Below are positions 1-11,101 of a stretch of 64,000 bases of DNA, one piece after another. The notes beneath the pieces are model-generated. The model searched no databases, had not been told where the DNA came from, and was given only the letters and a program-made list of their open reading frames with translations. Numbering within the stretch: position 1 is the first letter of the stretch; each line of letters opens with the position of its first letter. This DNA is from Saprolegnia diclina VS20 (lineage: Eukaryota): the NCBI RefSeq assembly GCF_000281045.1, contig NW_008246136.1:133448-197447 (forward strand). The letters are read 5' to 3'. Made by a program: the position numbers and the translations under genes.

Positions 1-190
1 GTGCACGATGGGCACCATGTGCGGCAAGGAGGTCACGACGACGCAGTTTGCCGACATGCCGTACGAAGACTACTTGAAAGCGGCCGCGCAAGGCGACAAG
101 TGCACACTGCCGAGCGCGTCAAGCGCCGCTCCAGCCACCAAACTTGGTCTCGTCGCCTCGAGCGCCCTTGTGCTCTACGCGATGCTTTAA
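1..190 (+). CDS. 3' end of secreted elicitin-like protein (atypical Cys spacing, hydrophobic GPI-like tail); 5' part lies outside the window
   Basis: Frame reads CTMGTMC-x26-C-TLPSASS..LGLVASSALVLYAML*, with the same C-x5-C-x26-C spacing as the paralogs at 1773-4901. Confidence 0.85.
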   Translation, partial: CTMGTMCGKEVTTTQFADMPYEDYLKAAAQGDKCTLPSASSAAPATKLGLVASSALVLYAML

Positions 191-346
191 ATAATGTATA
201 ATCGAATTTACATGTTCATAAACTATTACTAACTAATTTTATTGTGGGAGTCGATCAGGACTGCTGCTATCAACGATAAACCATTGGCCGCAGCTCGCGC
301 GACGTTGGAGGACCATTTGCTCCTTCCTATGAGATGCAAAGCGGTG

Positions 347-1451
347 TCACTGGGTGGGTGCCATCACGATAGGGACGAGGATGGGTGCCCCCAGAGCGAT
401 TGGTAGGAGGAGCTCGACGTCCGGGCACCACTGAATATCGCACGTCACTTCGACGCAGTAGCGAGCCGAGACGATTTGTCCGCGAGTGCTCGGGTACATG
501 CCGTTGCCGATCAGTTGGAACGACTGCGGCTGCGAGAGCGACTGGCCCGCGGGGACGCCGGGAAACGTTGCGCAGCAAATGGTTTTGCGCAGGACGCGGT
601 TCCGGCCGTCCGCGTGGACCTCAACGACGCGGACGAGCTCGGATCGCATTGCTACAATGTCGCGCGACGACTGATTTCGGATCTCGCAGTGGATCTATCG
701 CAATTCGTCTCAAAGGAGAGAATTGGCGTCAGTCGATGTGTACCTGGGGCACTTCGCCGGGGCCGTACATGTTTTTGTCCATCGAGACGCGTAGATCGCA
801 TTGGCCCTTGTTGAAGCAGCAGAGGAAGCGAATGATTTGCGTCTTCTCGGCCAGGACGGGGACAACAACGCCCGCGAGCTGCGCGTACACGACGAGTCGC
901 TGCCGGTGCTTGAGGTCGCGCGTGAAGACACCGTTGATGCACAGCGTGCCTTTGATTGCGTACTCGATCTTGCCCTTGACGTTCGAGTGGTTTTCATTGT
1001 CAAACGACCCGGGAAGCCCCGTTGGCAGCTGATACTGGAACGGGTATATGTATTTTCCAGGGGACAAGTGTTGCTGGACGTTGAAGAGCACGAGCTAGTA
1101 CAAACGATTAAATCTGAAAACATAAAAAATGACAATCGAACCTTGGACTTGAAAAATTCGCGGCCTTCGGAGAACGTCCTTGTCTCTGTATGGGATTTCC
1201 CGTCCCGCGTCACGGTGTGCTGCTCTGTCCAGCGCACGCGCTCTTTTCCGTTGACGAGCACGACGACCTCTACACCCTCTTAGAATGTTGTCCTGAACGT
1301 CATGACTGATACCATTGCACTCAATGGGCTCGAGGATGTCGACGTGGAGCGACCCGGTGATGAGCTCGCCGGAAATGTAGTACGGCTTGTCGACGGTGAC
1401 GAGCACGGTGCCCTTGCCGCCAAGACCAAAGAGCTGCCCGAGAAATCCCAT
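347..1451 (-). CDS. Arrestin-domain (arrestin-N/arrestin-C) protein, 4 exons
   Basis: MGFLGQLFG..VTVDKPYYISGELITG, GKERVRWTE, LSPGKYIYPFQYQLPTGLPGSF..GKIEYAIK, DKNMYGPGE, PSTRGQIVSARY are alpha-arrestin motifs; the exons join through short GT-AG introns. Confidence 0.88.
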
Positions 1452-1772
1452 TTCTAAATATGCTGTTGATTGACTAGCGACGCTATAAATAAGACGCACA
1501 CCAACGGCACCAAACGGCATGCAACGTTGGATGCATCAACGCGATATCAACTTGATGGTCTCTACAGATGCAAGTAGACGGAGCGCTTGGACACTGCAGA
1601 GACAAACACAATGCTAGCACGCTGGTCGAGCATACTACATGAACCATGTATGTACTACGTGTACTGGGTGGCAGCTCGAGAAGCGTCACTACAGTACTAA
1701 CGTTATGATGCATTAGTACACATTTTGGCATGTACGCACGAGATGCGCGAACATATGACAGGTGCACTAACG

Positions 1773-2294
1773 TTAGAACAAGAGTGCAAGGACAAGCGTG
1801 CCGGCGGCAACGGTGCCGAGCCCGAGTGTCGTGGCACTGGACAGAACGCTGGCACTCGGCGGAAGAGTGGGGATCTTGGCCACAGCACTCGAAGGCTCGT
1901 CGGGAATTTTGCACTTGGGCGTGGACAGCAACGCTTGCACAAACTGGTCGTAGGTGAGTGCGCCGAGTTGGCCCGACGTGACGTAGTCGCCGCACATGGT
2001 ACCAACAATGCACGACGGAAGCACGGCGATGGACGCGGCACGGACGGTGGTGAAGACGGCAACGCAGTTGGGGCTCTTGGTGAACTTGTCGACCATCAGT
2101 TGCGTCGCGTTCTGCACGCTGTTGCCAGAGAGGGACGACACGGACACATTCGTGTCCTTGGCACACGCACGAAAACTGGAATCGACCGCTTGGAACCCAT
2201 TGGCTTGCCACACAGCAAGGGTCTCGGACGAACACGTGGGCGCCGCCGTCGCGACGGCAATGTAGGCGGCCGTAGCAAGAAGGGATGTCTTCAT
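1773..2294 (-). CDS. Secreted elicitin-like protein, probable GPI anchor (173 aa)
   Basis: Signal peptide, six Cys (C-x22-C-x32-C-x17-C-x5-C-x26-C), Ser/Pro-rich linker, hydrophobic C-terminus. Confidence 0.85.
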   Translation of the reverse strand: MKTSLLATAAYIAVATAAPTCSSETLAVWQANGFQAVDSSFRACAKDTNVSVSSLSGNSVQNATQLMVDKFTKSPNCVAVFTTVRAASIAVLPSCIVGTMCGDYVTSGQLGALTYDQFVQALLSTPKCKIPDEPSSAVAKIPTLPPSASVLSSATTLGLGTVAAGTLVLALLF

Positions 2295-3033
2295 CTTGTG
2301 GTTTGAAAGGGGAATGAAGGAATGAAAAGACTTGCTGGCATTATCTTGACCCTATGCTCGAAGCAACGTGGTACTCGAGGCGAATCCAGGCTGCCATCGT
2401 TATGGACGTTTTGCTACACGCAATTTGAATTCACTCGTTTTTCCGGATGTCACTCGGAATTACAAACCAGTGTTGGTATTCTACTATCGCATGGGTCGAC
2501 AAGCTCAGGTTGTTCAACGGCAAATTTTGCAAAGCGTCACCGCATTGGTGTATATAAAAGACGCGTATGGGCGCGAGGAGACGTTTCTATTGATCACATG
2601 TTTCAGCTCCGAGTCTCTGGCGCTTGCTGAGGACGACTTTTGTTGAGGGCGAAACGACACCTGATATCCGGATATCTATCGAAACACATGAAAACGCTCA
2701 CCCGATATCCGGAAAGACGCGGGCTTGATTTGGTTTGTCTTGGTGGTGAGGACAGGAAAGGCAGGACCTTTTCACTCTCTTACGATGCGTACACGACGAA
2801 CATGCAGAATCACAAAGCTGTTCGTTGTACCCGAATGAGCATGACGGTTGTGTCTACCCCAACATAGGGTCGGCACCTCTGCTCATTCGCGAGTAGCAGG
2901 ACGACAGCATTTGCACGGCCGTCCTTTTCACTACCATTTGGTTCGCAGTCGCAGCTTGCTGTCGACTAAGAAGGCCGCAATGAGCGAAGACGGTCAAGAT
3001 GGATAAAAGCATGATATATGCAAAGTACTACAT

Positions 3034-3510
3034 TTAGAGGTAGACGAGTGCGAGGGTGCCGGTGGCCAACGCGCCCATCCCGAGCGTCGCGGCCGAGGCA
3101 CTCGACGGCACGTCAGGAATCGTGCACTTGGACGTCTTCAACGAGGACTGCGCGTACTGGTCCAAGCTCATGGCGGCGAATTGGGCCGTCGTGACGGGCT
3201 GGCCGCACATGTTGCCAATGATGCACGGCGGGTTCACGGCCTTGGACGCAGCTTGGAGGGTGGTGAAGACTGCGACGCAGTTGGGGCTTTTAATGAACTT
3301 GTTGACCATGTCTTCCGTCGCGCCGGTCACGGTGCCTCCGGTGAGGGCGCCCGCCGAGAGACCAATGTCCTTGGTGCACGCAAGGAACTTAGGCGCGATC
3401 GTTTCGTACGCGCTGGCGTACGCCGTGCCAAGGGTCTCGGGTGTGCACGTGGACGCCGCCGCGTTCGCAACGGCAACGTAGGCGGCAATAGCAAGAAGGC
3501 AGGTCTTCAT
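3034..3510 (-). CDS. Secreted elicitin-like protein, probable GPI anchor (158 aa)
   Basis: Paralog of 1773-2294 (KFIKSPNCVAVFTT; identical Cys spacing; ATLGMGALATGTLALVYL tail). Confidence 0.85.
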   Translation of the reverse strand: MKTCLLAIAAYVAVANAAASTCTPETLGTAYASAYETIAPKFLACTKDIGLSAGALTGGTVTGATEDMVNKFIKSPNCVAVFTTLQAASKAVNPPCIIGNMCGQPVTTAQFAAMSLDQYAQSSLKTSKCTIPDVPSSASAATLGMGALATGTLALVYL

Positions 3511-4295
3511 CGTGTGGTGTTGAGGGGAAATGAATTAATGACTGGGCGTACGATCGGTCTCCAGCACACTTAGAATCGCCAAGGAACCGTGGTACTCGAC
3601 TTGAATCTAGGCGGCAATGTTGGTGGACGTTTTGTTACAAACATTGAATTCACTCACATTTCTTGGAGATATAAAGACGCTGCAAACCAAGGGAATAACT
3701 AGTTATTCTCTTACTGCAAACCAGCGATGGTATCCTCCTATCGCACGCATCGACTACTTCAGGTAGGATTCCACTTACTGTGCAAGTACTAGTACCATAC
3801 TAGCAATTGCGCAGGGTGCAATCACATTGAAGCCCTCGCTGCGACTGCTCTTTGCAACCAACGGCATGAACTTTATGCCTTGGTGCAACTATGTACAGTA
3901 CCATGTCATTGCAGCGTTTACTGTGGACGTATTTTGTTGAGGATACCGTTTGCGAAGCTCGTCGCATCCGGATGGAAGTGTGAATTCAGACTTGATATAT
4001 GAAGTTGAAAGGGCTCGTCTTTGAAAAAGCAACTGACTGTATCGACGACATTAGGTGTACGCAACATGTGAAATGGCGCCGCACAAATATGGACATGCTA
4101 TGTAATAGTTTACTCCGGCGAAACAAAACTACTGTACCGCGAGCATGCGACATTTCAATATGCGTCGTCTTGTCGTTCAGAGCGTTGAAGTATTGACACA
4201 GGTTTCGCGACAATCTGTATACATCCAGCAGTGTCTCAGATGTATCCTCGGTAGTAGTGATCAGTAAACGCAAAAGATACCGCACATGCACCGCA

Positions 4296-4351
4296 CGTCC
4301 AATAGCTCGTCCAATAGCTCGTCCAATAGCTCGTCCAATAGCTCGTCCAAT
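4296..4351. repeat. 12-bp tandem repeat CGTCCAATAGCT x4 plus a partial copy (five CCAAT boxes)
   Basis: Read directly: units at 4296, 4308, 4320 and 4332, partial at 4344. Confidence 0.95.
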
Positions 4352-4430
4352 GTAGCTGTATCCAGCAGATCGATCTTTCAACGGTTATCATTTTCGCTTA
4401 GCCGTTGAACACTCCACTTTCAAACCAAGA

Positions 4431-4901
4431 ATGAAGCTCGTCATGATTGCTGCGATGATTCCACTTGCATCGGCGGCCGCTCCTGCATGCACGCAAGAGA
4501 GTCTCGGGTCCGCGTACCTCGGGGCGGTCCAGCAAGCGGCGCCATCGATGGTCAAGTGCACGATGGACATTGGTCTTTCGCTTTCGGAGCTCGCAACAGG
4601 CAACATGACGCGCGTGTCGTCCGAGACTGTCGACAAGTTCGCCAAGAGTCCCAACTGCGCCGCCGTCTTCACGGCGATGCAGTCGGCGTCCAAGGCCGTG
4701 AGCCCACCGTGCACCGTCGCTACCATGTGCGGCAAGTCGGTTACGACCGCCCAAGTCGCCGCCATGACGTACGACCAGTACGTGCACGCCAACCTCCAAA
4801 CGGCCCAGTGCACGATTCCGGACCTGGTGACAAACAACGCGCCGACGGCGTTCTTGAGCCTCGTTGCGGTAGGTGTGGTCGGGCTGCTTGCGATGATATA
4901 A
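4431..4901 (+). CDS. Secreted elicitin-like protein, probable GPI anchor (156 aa)
   Basis: Signal peptide; KFAKSPNC..PPCTVATMCG..C; same Cys spacing as its neighbours; TCATTTT initiator-like motif at ~4388. Confidence 0.85.
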   Translation: MKLVMIAAMIPLASAAAPACTQESLGSAYLGAVQQAAPSMVKCTMDIGLSLSELATGNMTRVSSETVDKFAKSPNCAAVFTAMQSASKAVSPPCTVATMCGKSVTTAQVAAMTYDQYVHANLQTAQCTIPDLVTNNAPTAFLSLVAVGVVGLLAMI

Positions 4902-5121
4902 GCAAGGCTCGCAATGTAGTTTCTCCTTGACCTAAGGAATGATTTGGTAGCAAATAGAGAAATACATGTTTGTGTCTGCACAATTTCTTAACTTTCCTGG
5001 GGCTGGCACGCAATTCATTCAGCAACTCATTTTGATGTGTCGGGTTCAAAAACGAAATACCTTGTCACTATCTAACATTATCGGAACGGGTCCGATTTCA
5101 CTCTCGTAACGCCCGACGCCG

Positions 5122-8100
5122 ATGGAGCCGCCGTCGTACAAGCTCCTATCACTGGACTCGGCATCGCTCGAGCAGAGTCTCTCGCACCTCTCCACGCGCA
5201 TTGCGCAGGTTGAAGACTCGATTCCGGCGCATCCCGCGTTTGCCAGTATTTCTACATATTCAACACGACACTCCTCCGTCTCATCCGGTTCTTGCGCTAG
5301 CGTTTGCCGAACGCATAGCCGAAGTAGAGACCAAGATCGCGTCGCTGCATTTGTCGCTTTCTTCAAACTCGGTATCTGCCTCCTCGCTGCCGTGTATTGC
5401 CAAAGAATTGCAAATCTCGGACGACGACGAGAGTCGATCCAGTGTCGGTATTTGTCTCGACGAGCTGCGCGCCTCTCAGATGAAGATCAAGCTCGAGCAT
5501 GATCTTCGCTTCTCCACGTTCGCTCCATAAGCATCTAGACGATACCAAACGTAGAATGGCTAGGCTGCAGCTCGAGCTCGAAAAGGTCAAGCGCAGCCTG
5601 GGCGCAGTCCCGTCCGAAGCCGACCACGACGTCTGGAAGCAGAGTCTTGTCGCCGAGGCACTCTTGCCAATGTAGTACCAGTCAGTTCCTTTATCATCGC
5701 ACTCGGTGGTAGATGGCCGATGCAATTTTGAAGGCCAAGGCGAGCGGCGCAGCTGCCGAGCAAATGACGAGCGAAAAGCTGGCCCTCCACGCGCTTGAAG
5801 CGGCCCACGTACGTGGCATTCTTGCAGCGACACGTGGCGCACACATATCTAGTGGAAAAGCGATTTTGAGGCCTCGTTGAGCAAGCGTCTCGATGGTGTC
5901 GTCGGCCTCATCCAGGCCAACGCCGCCGCGATCGACGACGTTACGACGGCGTGAGTCCTATGCAATTCGCACGTTGAAATCATGTGGTATCGGTAGCACC
6001 GAGAAACGACTGACGCAACAAGAAGAAGGCATTTCTGTCATGGAGCAAACAGCGCAGTACCTCCGCTCGACGACAAGCAGTATCGACGACGATCGCGCCG
6101 CCGTCCACAGTCGTCTCGAAGCCGTCGAAGCCAACGTGCATCAAGTTGGCAACTTGAAACATTGAAAGGTTTGTACTCTAAAACCTGACGAGTAGGCCGT
6201 GGCACAATGCGCCGATGTCATGGCGGCGGTGGACCGTCAAGTACGCGCCAACCAAGTCATTCTCGACACGGTCGACAGCGTCGAGAAGAAGTTGAATCAG
6301 CGCATTGCCGACGCGGATGCCAAGACCGCGGCCACAGAAGGCGTCCTCCGTGGCCAGCGTAGCGCGCCTTTCCTTGATGTGGAGTGGACGGGTGTATGCT
6401 GTAGGTCACCACACGGAGCTTTTGGTGCAGGACATGCGCAATCTCCTGGCAACGTCGATGGAGACGATGGACATTGAAGCGCGCAAGCTCAACTTTACGA
6501 TCGAGACGCTGACCGCGCTCCAGACACATTTGAGCAAGACCGACGACACGGTCCGGTCCCACGCAGTTGCGCTCGATGTTTTGGTCAAGCACGACGGCAT
6601 GCTCACGCAGCACACGCTGCGCTTTGCCGAGCTCGACCGCTCGATTGCCATGCAAGTCGAGAAGGACCGCGTTCGCCTTGAGCGACTCGAAAACGACTGT
6701 GCGTAGTTGATGGAGATATTGTCGTGAATCGTTGCGTAGACTCGTCGCTAAAACACCACGTTCACGAAACCGAGTGGGTCGCTAACGAAAACAACAAGAT
6801 CTTTCACGAACAACTGCACCAGCTGCACCAACTGGCCAAGACGACCGAGAGTGCAGTCGCGACGCTGTCAGGGCAGATGCCCGGCCTTCAGGTACCATGC
6901 AATTTATATTTGAACGAAATGAATCAAGACTTGTTGCTAGTACGATGTTACGGAGCTTAGCAACGGCGTCGCCAACACCCGCGTCGAAATGAAGCGCGTT
7001 GTCGCCTCTAGCACCCTTGTCGAAGAGGTTGTCTCGTGTAAAATGTATTTGAAACATTAACTCTGTCTCTGTACTAGCAACTCAAGGACGTACAGCACCA
7101 CATTCTCGATTGGCGTGGCACAATCAACGTCCGCTTCGACATGTAGGCGACCATGTTAAGTGCGCCAGATGACATTATGATGCGTAGGTGCGAGCAGGCG
7201 ACGCGCGAAATCGATTCGCAAGCCAAAGACACGTCGGCACTGCTCGACCAATTGGCCTACCGACTCGACGACGAGCGCAAGTTTGTCGCTTAACGTGCTG
7301 GCGCCGGCGAAATGTTGCGTGAAAATAGACACACGCTCCACAACTTTCAAGCCATGCACCACCTCGTCGATGGTCTCATCCAGCGCGACGTCATCAACGA
7401 CGAGATCCGTGACGAGCGTCTCGGCAAGTGGGCGCTCGAAATAGCGACCGCGGGTCTCCAGCAAGAGCACTTCTTGTACGTTGCGATCCCTTTTTCATTT
7501 CTGAATTTTCTACGCTTTTGCATTTTGGCTCTGTCGTTGACCCCCTCGTATGCAGGTCGCACTCGACCGTGCTGCCGGACGACCGGAAGCAAAAAGTTGC
7601 CGATTGCATATTCCAAGCCACGGGACTCCTGAGCAGCGACGTGCGTCACCACGTGAGCCGAGTCACGCTCACTGAACACCACGTGGACGACGCGACTGTC
7701 CAAGCACTTCGGAACGCCGCGGCCGTCGCCTTTGGCAACCGCGTACGAAAACACCGCATCGAGCTCTAGCGTCATCGGATAGGATGCGTGACGTAGGTGC
7801 GTCAGCATATGGAGACCATGGCGCCAACAACAAACCGATTCCTGATCGACGCGCGCGATACCTTTGTGCGCCGAGTGCAGAGTTGCGTGCATTTAACCCT
7901 CTCGTTTGGTACCACCATTAGTGTTCTTGGATTGATTCACTTGGAACAAACTAGTCGGTGGCCACCACGCGATCGCCAAGCAAAAGCGGCCGCCAACGAC
8001 CGCGACGTGCATCTCGTGCGACCGCCCGATCTGCGACGCCAGGCATTAATATTAAACTGTCCAAAATGCAAACATCGATTAACTGAACCTGTAGTGACAC

Positions 8101-8718
8101 GACCAGCAGCGCCAACCAAGACGAGCCCGACGCCGATGCAAGTGATGCGAAAAAGGTAGTCAATATTTCTTAAAACATCGTTTCGATGCAGCATGCGTAG
8201 GCGACGGGAAAGCTGCGGCCCATGACGGCTGGAAGCGGCCGCGTGGATGTCAAGTCGGTTATCCCACGTCGGTCGGGCACGTCGACGATGAAGCCCAAGG
8301 CGTCCGGGGAGATCATGCACATTCCGCCGAGTGCGACCGGCGAGCAATTTGTGTACCGTGGCGGCTTTCGCATTCCGAAGCAAGCCAAAGCGACCACGGA
8401 CGTCGAAGTCAACACGTCGATCCGGCACATTGACGTCAACCTGCAAGACAAGCTTCGGGAAGAGCCTTGTCTCGAGAAGGTCGGTCTTCGCGGTCGGTGT
8501 CAGGTATACTCGCTCCTCTCAGGTATAATGTCATAAAGAGACTGTGCTAGTCGTCAACGCCGTTGAAGTCTCGACCGCAGACGGCACCCCATGCAAAATC
8601 GTTGCCAAAGTTGCCGCTACCCGTCTCACCGCGTGGGCTCGACGGCGTTGCGACATCACCAATGGCCGACGACAGTGCACCGCTAGCGACTAGCACCAGT
8701 GTTGTAGAACAAAGTTGA
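5122..8718 (+). CDS. Multi-exon uncharacterised coiled-coil protein
   Basis: A chain of GC-rich exons with heptad-like sequence (LEQSLSHLSTRIAQ, LHQLHQLAK, QRIADADAK) separated by short AT-richer GT..AG introns; last exon contains RPQTAP; boundaries approximate. Confidence 0.65.
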
Positions 8719-8849
8719 TGAACGCATGGCCATTTTCTACAATAAAGAGCAGGAGGATACTACGCGGATAGGGCTATAGTGGTTGATGTTGTTGGCCATT
8801 GATAAACTATTACATTGAGGAGATTTATGATTCGATATGAGACGTCATC

Positions 8850-9569
8850 CTAGAAGGTTGCCTCGGTGAGCTCTGCATACGGCGTTTCCGACTTCATATT
8901 GGGATGGGCCAGTGCGAGCTCGGCGAGCTCTCGCTTGATTTTATAGCGGCGCCAAAGCCAAAAACTGGCCACAGCACAAATGATGACCGTGCTCCCGAGC
9001 GCCGCACCGAGAATGGCACCCGTTGACGACGACGATTCGGACGCGGACGACGTCGACGTCCCGACCGACGTGGCGGTACTCGTTGCCGTTGGCGCTGGCG
9101 TCCATGCTACGAGTGGAGCCTCGGTCTTCGGCGTCCACCCCGAAGGACTTGTTGACGTTCGCGTGGGACTAATCGTCGGTTGCGGTGACACAGACGGCGC
9201 AACTGTGGTCGCCGCAATGGACGGAGTGCTCGAAGAGACCACTGGGACAGGCGCCGTCGTGGATTGTGACGGCGGCAACGTCGACGGCACCACCGCCGTT
9301 GTTGAAGACGGAGTCTTCGTCGTTGGGGCAACCGTCGTCGTTTCTGGTGCCACCGTCTTTGGTGGCGCAGTCTTTGGTGGCGGCGTCGGAGCTGGTGCCT
9401 CTGGGGCGAGTGTTGTTGGGATTGGCGTTGCAGGAGCCTCCGTCATAGGCGCGAGGGTCACTGGCGGTGTCGTCAGCATGGCCGCAGACCCACTGCTCGA
9501 CCCCCCTGCGGCGCTGGTGCGCGCGAGCAGACTCATCACGAGCAGCCACACAAGCCAAGCACGTTGCAT
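8850..9569 (-). CDS. Mucin-like (S/T/P-rich) single-pass membrane protein, 239 aa
   Basis: Signal peptide, S/T/P-rich ectodomain, TM GAILGAALGSTVIICAVASFWLW, basic stop-transfer RRYK, short cytosolic tail. Confidence 0.85.
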   Translation of the reverse strand: MQRAWLVWLLVMSLLARTSAAGGSSSGSAAMLTTPPVTLAPMTEAPATPIPTTLAPEAPAPTPPPKTAPPKTVAPETTTVAPTTKTPSSTTAVVPSTLPPSQSTTAPVPVVSSSTPSIAATTVAPSVSPQPTISPTRTSTSPSGWTPKTEAPLVAWTPAPTATSTATSVGTSTSSASESSSSTGAILGAALGSTVIICAVASFWLWRRYKIKRELAELALAHPNMKSETPYAELTEATF

Positions 9570-9738
9570 CGCTTTGGAGCAACAACAAACTGGGCCGCCC
9601 GTTACAGGCGCCTCGTCGGACGTGGCTGCTAGCCTGAAACCGTTGCTAAAAAGACGGAGCTTGCGTGTTTATAGAGGCCGCCCGCCTCCAGGGCCACTTG
9701 ACCCAACAAACGCAGCGAACAGTGGGATCATGGACACG

Positions 9739-10473
9739 CTAAAACTCCATTTCAGTCACTTGCGTATACGTCGTAGCCTTGACGTCCTCGTCGTCCCCAT
9801 CTTCTTGGCACCGAGCGATTTCCGCCTCACGCAAGCGATACCGACGCCACAGCCAGAACGTTGCGACAGCACAAATCATGCACGTGCAGCCAAGCGCCGC
9901 GCCCAGAATCACGGCCGTATCCGACGGCGGCCTCGACGTGTCTGGGTGCACGTGGCTATGGGTGGTGCCGATGCCAGATACATAGCCTGCCGACCCGCCG
10001 TCGTCCGTTGGGGATGTCGAAGAAGGACTCGGACTGCTTGTTGTCGTGGTGGCGACAGGCGGCGGGGATGTGCTTACGGAATCTCTAGTCGGTGGTACGC
10101 TTGGCGTTGTTGCCGCGGTTGCGCGTTGACTCGTTGGTGTCGGACTCATGGCCCCTGTCGGGTTCATAGCGGCGGCGGTAGGTGCATTGGTGGCTACGCC
10201 GGCGCTCGTCGGTACCCAAGCTGCAGTTGTCGCTAATGGCACGGCCGTCGTCGGAGCAAGCGTCGTTGGAAGGGTCGTTCTCGGCGCCCCAGTGGCCGCG
10301 ACGGCCGTCGTCGGAGTCGGCGTAGTTCTGGGTACCACATCTGACGTCGTCGGCCAAGGCGCCGTCACATTGTCGCCTTGTCCCGCCACGGCGACGATAA
10401 GAAACATAAGAAGCCAAAGGACGTGCCGATACGAGCCATGGTACATCGAACGCATCGCGATCTCCAAATCCAA
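9739..10473 (-). CDS. Mucin-like single-pass membrane protein, tandem paralog of 8850-9569 (start may be at a downstream Met)
   Basis: Signal peptide VLWLLMFLIVAVAG, T-rich ectodomain, TM TAVILGAALGCTCMICAVATFWLWRRYR. Confidence 0.82.
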   Translation of the reverse strand: MDLEIAMRSMYHGSYRHVLWLLMFLIVAVAGQGDNVTAPWPTTSDVVPRTTPTPTTAVAATGAPRTTLPTTLAPTTAVPLATTAAWVPTSAGVATNAPTAAAMNPTGAMSPTPTSQRATAATTPSVPPTRDSVSTSPPPVATTTTSSPSPSSTSPTDDGGSAGYVSGIGTTHSHVHPDTSRPPSDTAVILGAALGCTCMICAVATFWLWRRYRLREAEIARCQEDGDDEDVKATTYTQVTEMEF

Positions 10474-11058
10474 CGCGTTTCCAAGATCGCGGGTATCCGG
10501 ATGCGCGTCAGGTTCGAGCGTCGGGATCTTCCGAGAGAAGCTTCTGATTCGGGTTCCATTCCCAGCTTCGGCGCAGTGTGTATTTCATAGCACGTGCAAA
10601 CGCAAGTGCAAACTGGGCGCGCTAGAAAGAGCTCTTCTCTACGCGGATGGTGTTGGCCACGATGATGTGGGCCTGTCTGGCTGTGTCTGAGCACTGCGGT
10701 TCGAAACCAGACGTGGTCCCTTGTTGATACAAAGGCTGCAAGACTCAGATTAGTGCAGAAACTACATCTCGTCTTGGCCGAATGCGTTAGCGCAACAGCG
10801 AACGTCACTTTAAACGGGAGTACACCGTGCATGATCTAGACACGATCGACGCGACGACACGAGCCGCGCTCGCCTGTCTACTGTCATTTTTTGTAACGAC
10901 ACCAGTGTCAAGATCCAGTTGGCGCCGTCTGTGACAGGGTGGGACCGAGCCAACCATGTTCGATCAATGCTGCTCCGACGGCGGTGGCGTCGCAGATAAG
11001 TGCCCCGTCGGAGAAGACAGGACTTGAAGACAGGCGTCCAACAATGCTGCGAAGGCGA

Positions 11059-11075
11059 TCACTCTTGCATTTTCC
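11059..11075 (+). promoter_or_regulatory. Oomycete INR+FPR core promoter of the ZIP gene
   Basis: TCACTCTTGCATTTTCC matches the oomycete YCAYTYY-(N)-CAWTTYNC consensus, 27 nt upstream of the ATG at 11102. Confidence 0.65.
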
Positions 11076-11101
11076 GGCCAGTCCACAGCATCCTTGCATC
11101 A

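Noticed and set aside
8980..10236. 418-aa plus-strand ORF
   Set aside because: Antisense shadow of the two mucin-like genes; V/G/A-rich mirror of T/P/A codons.
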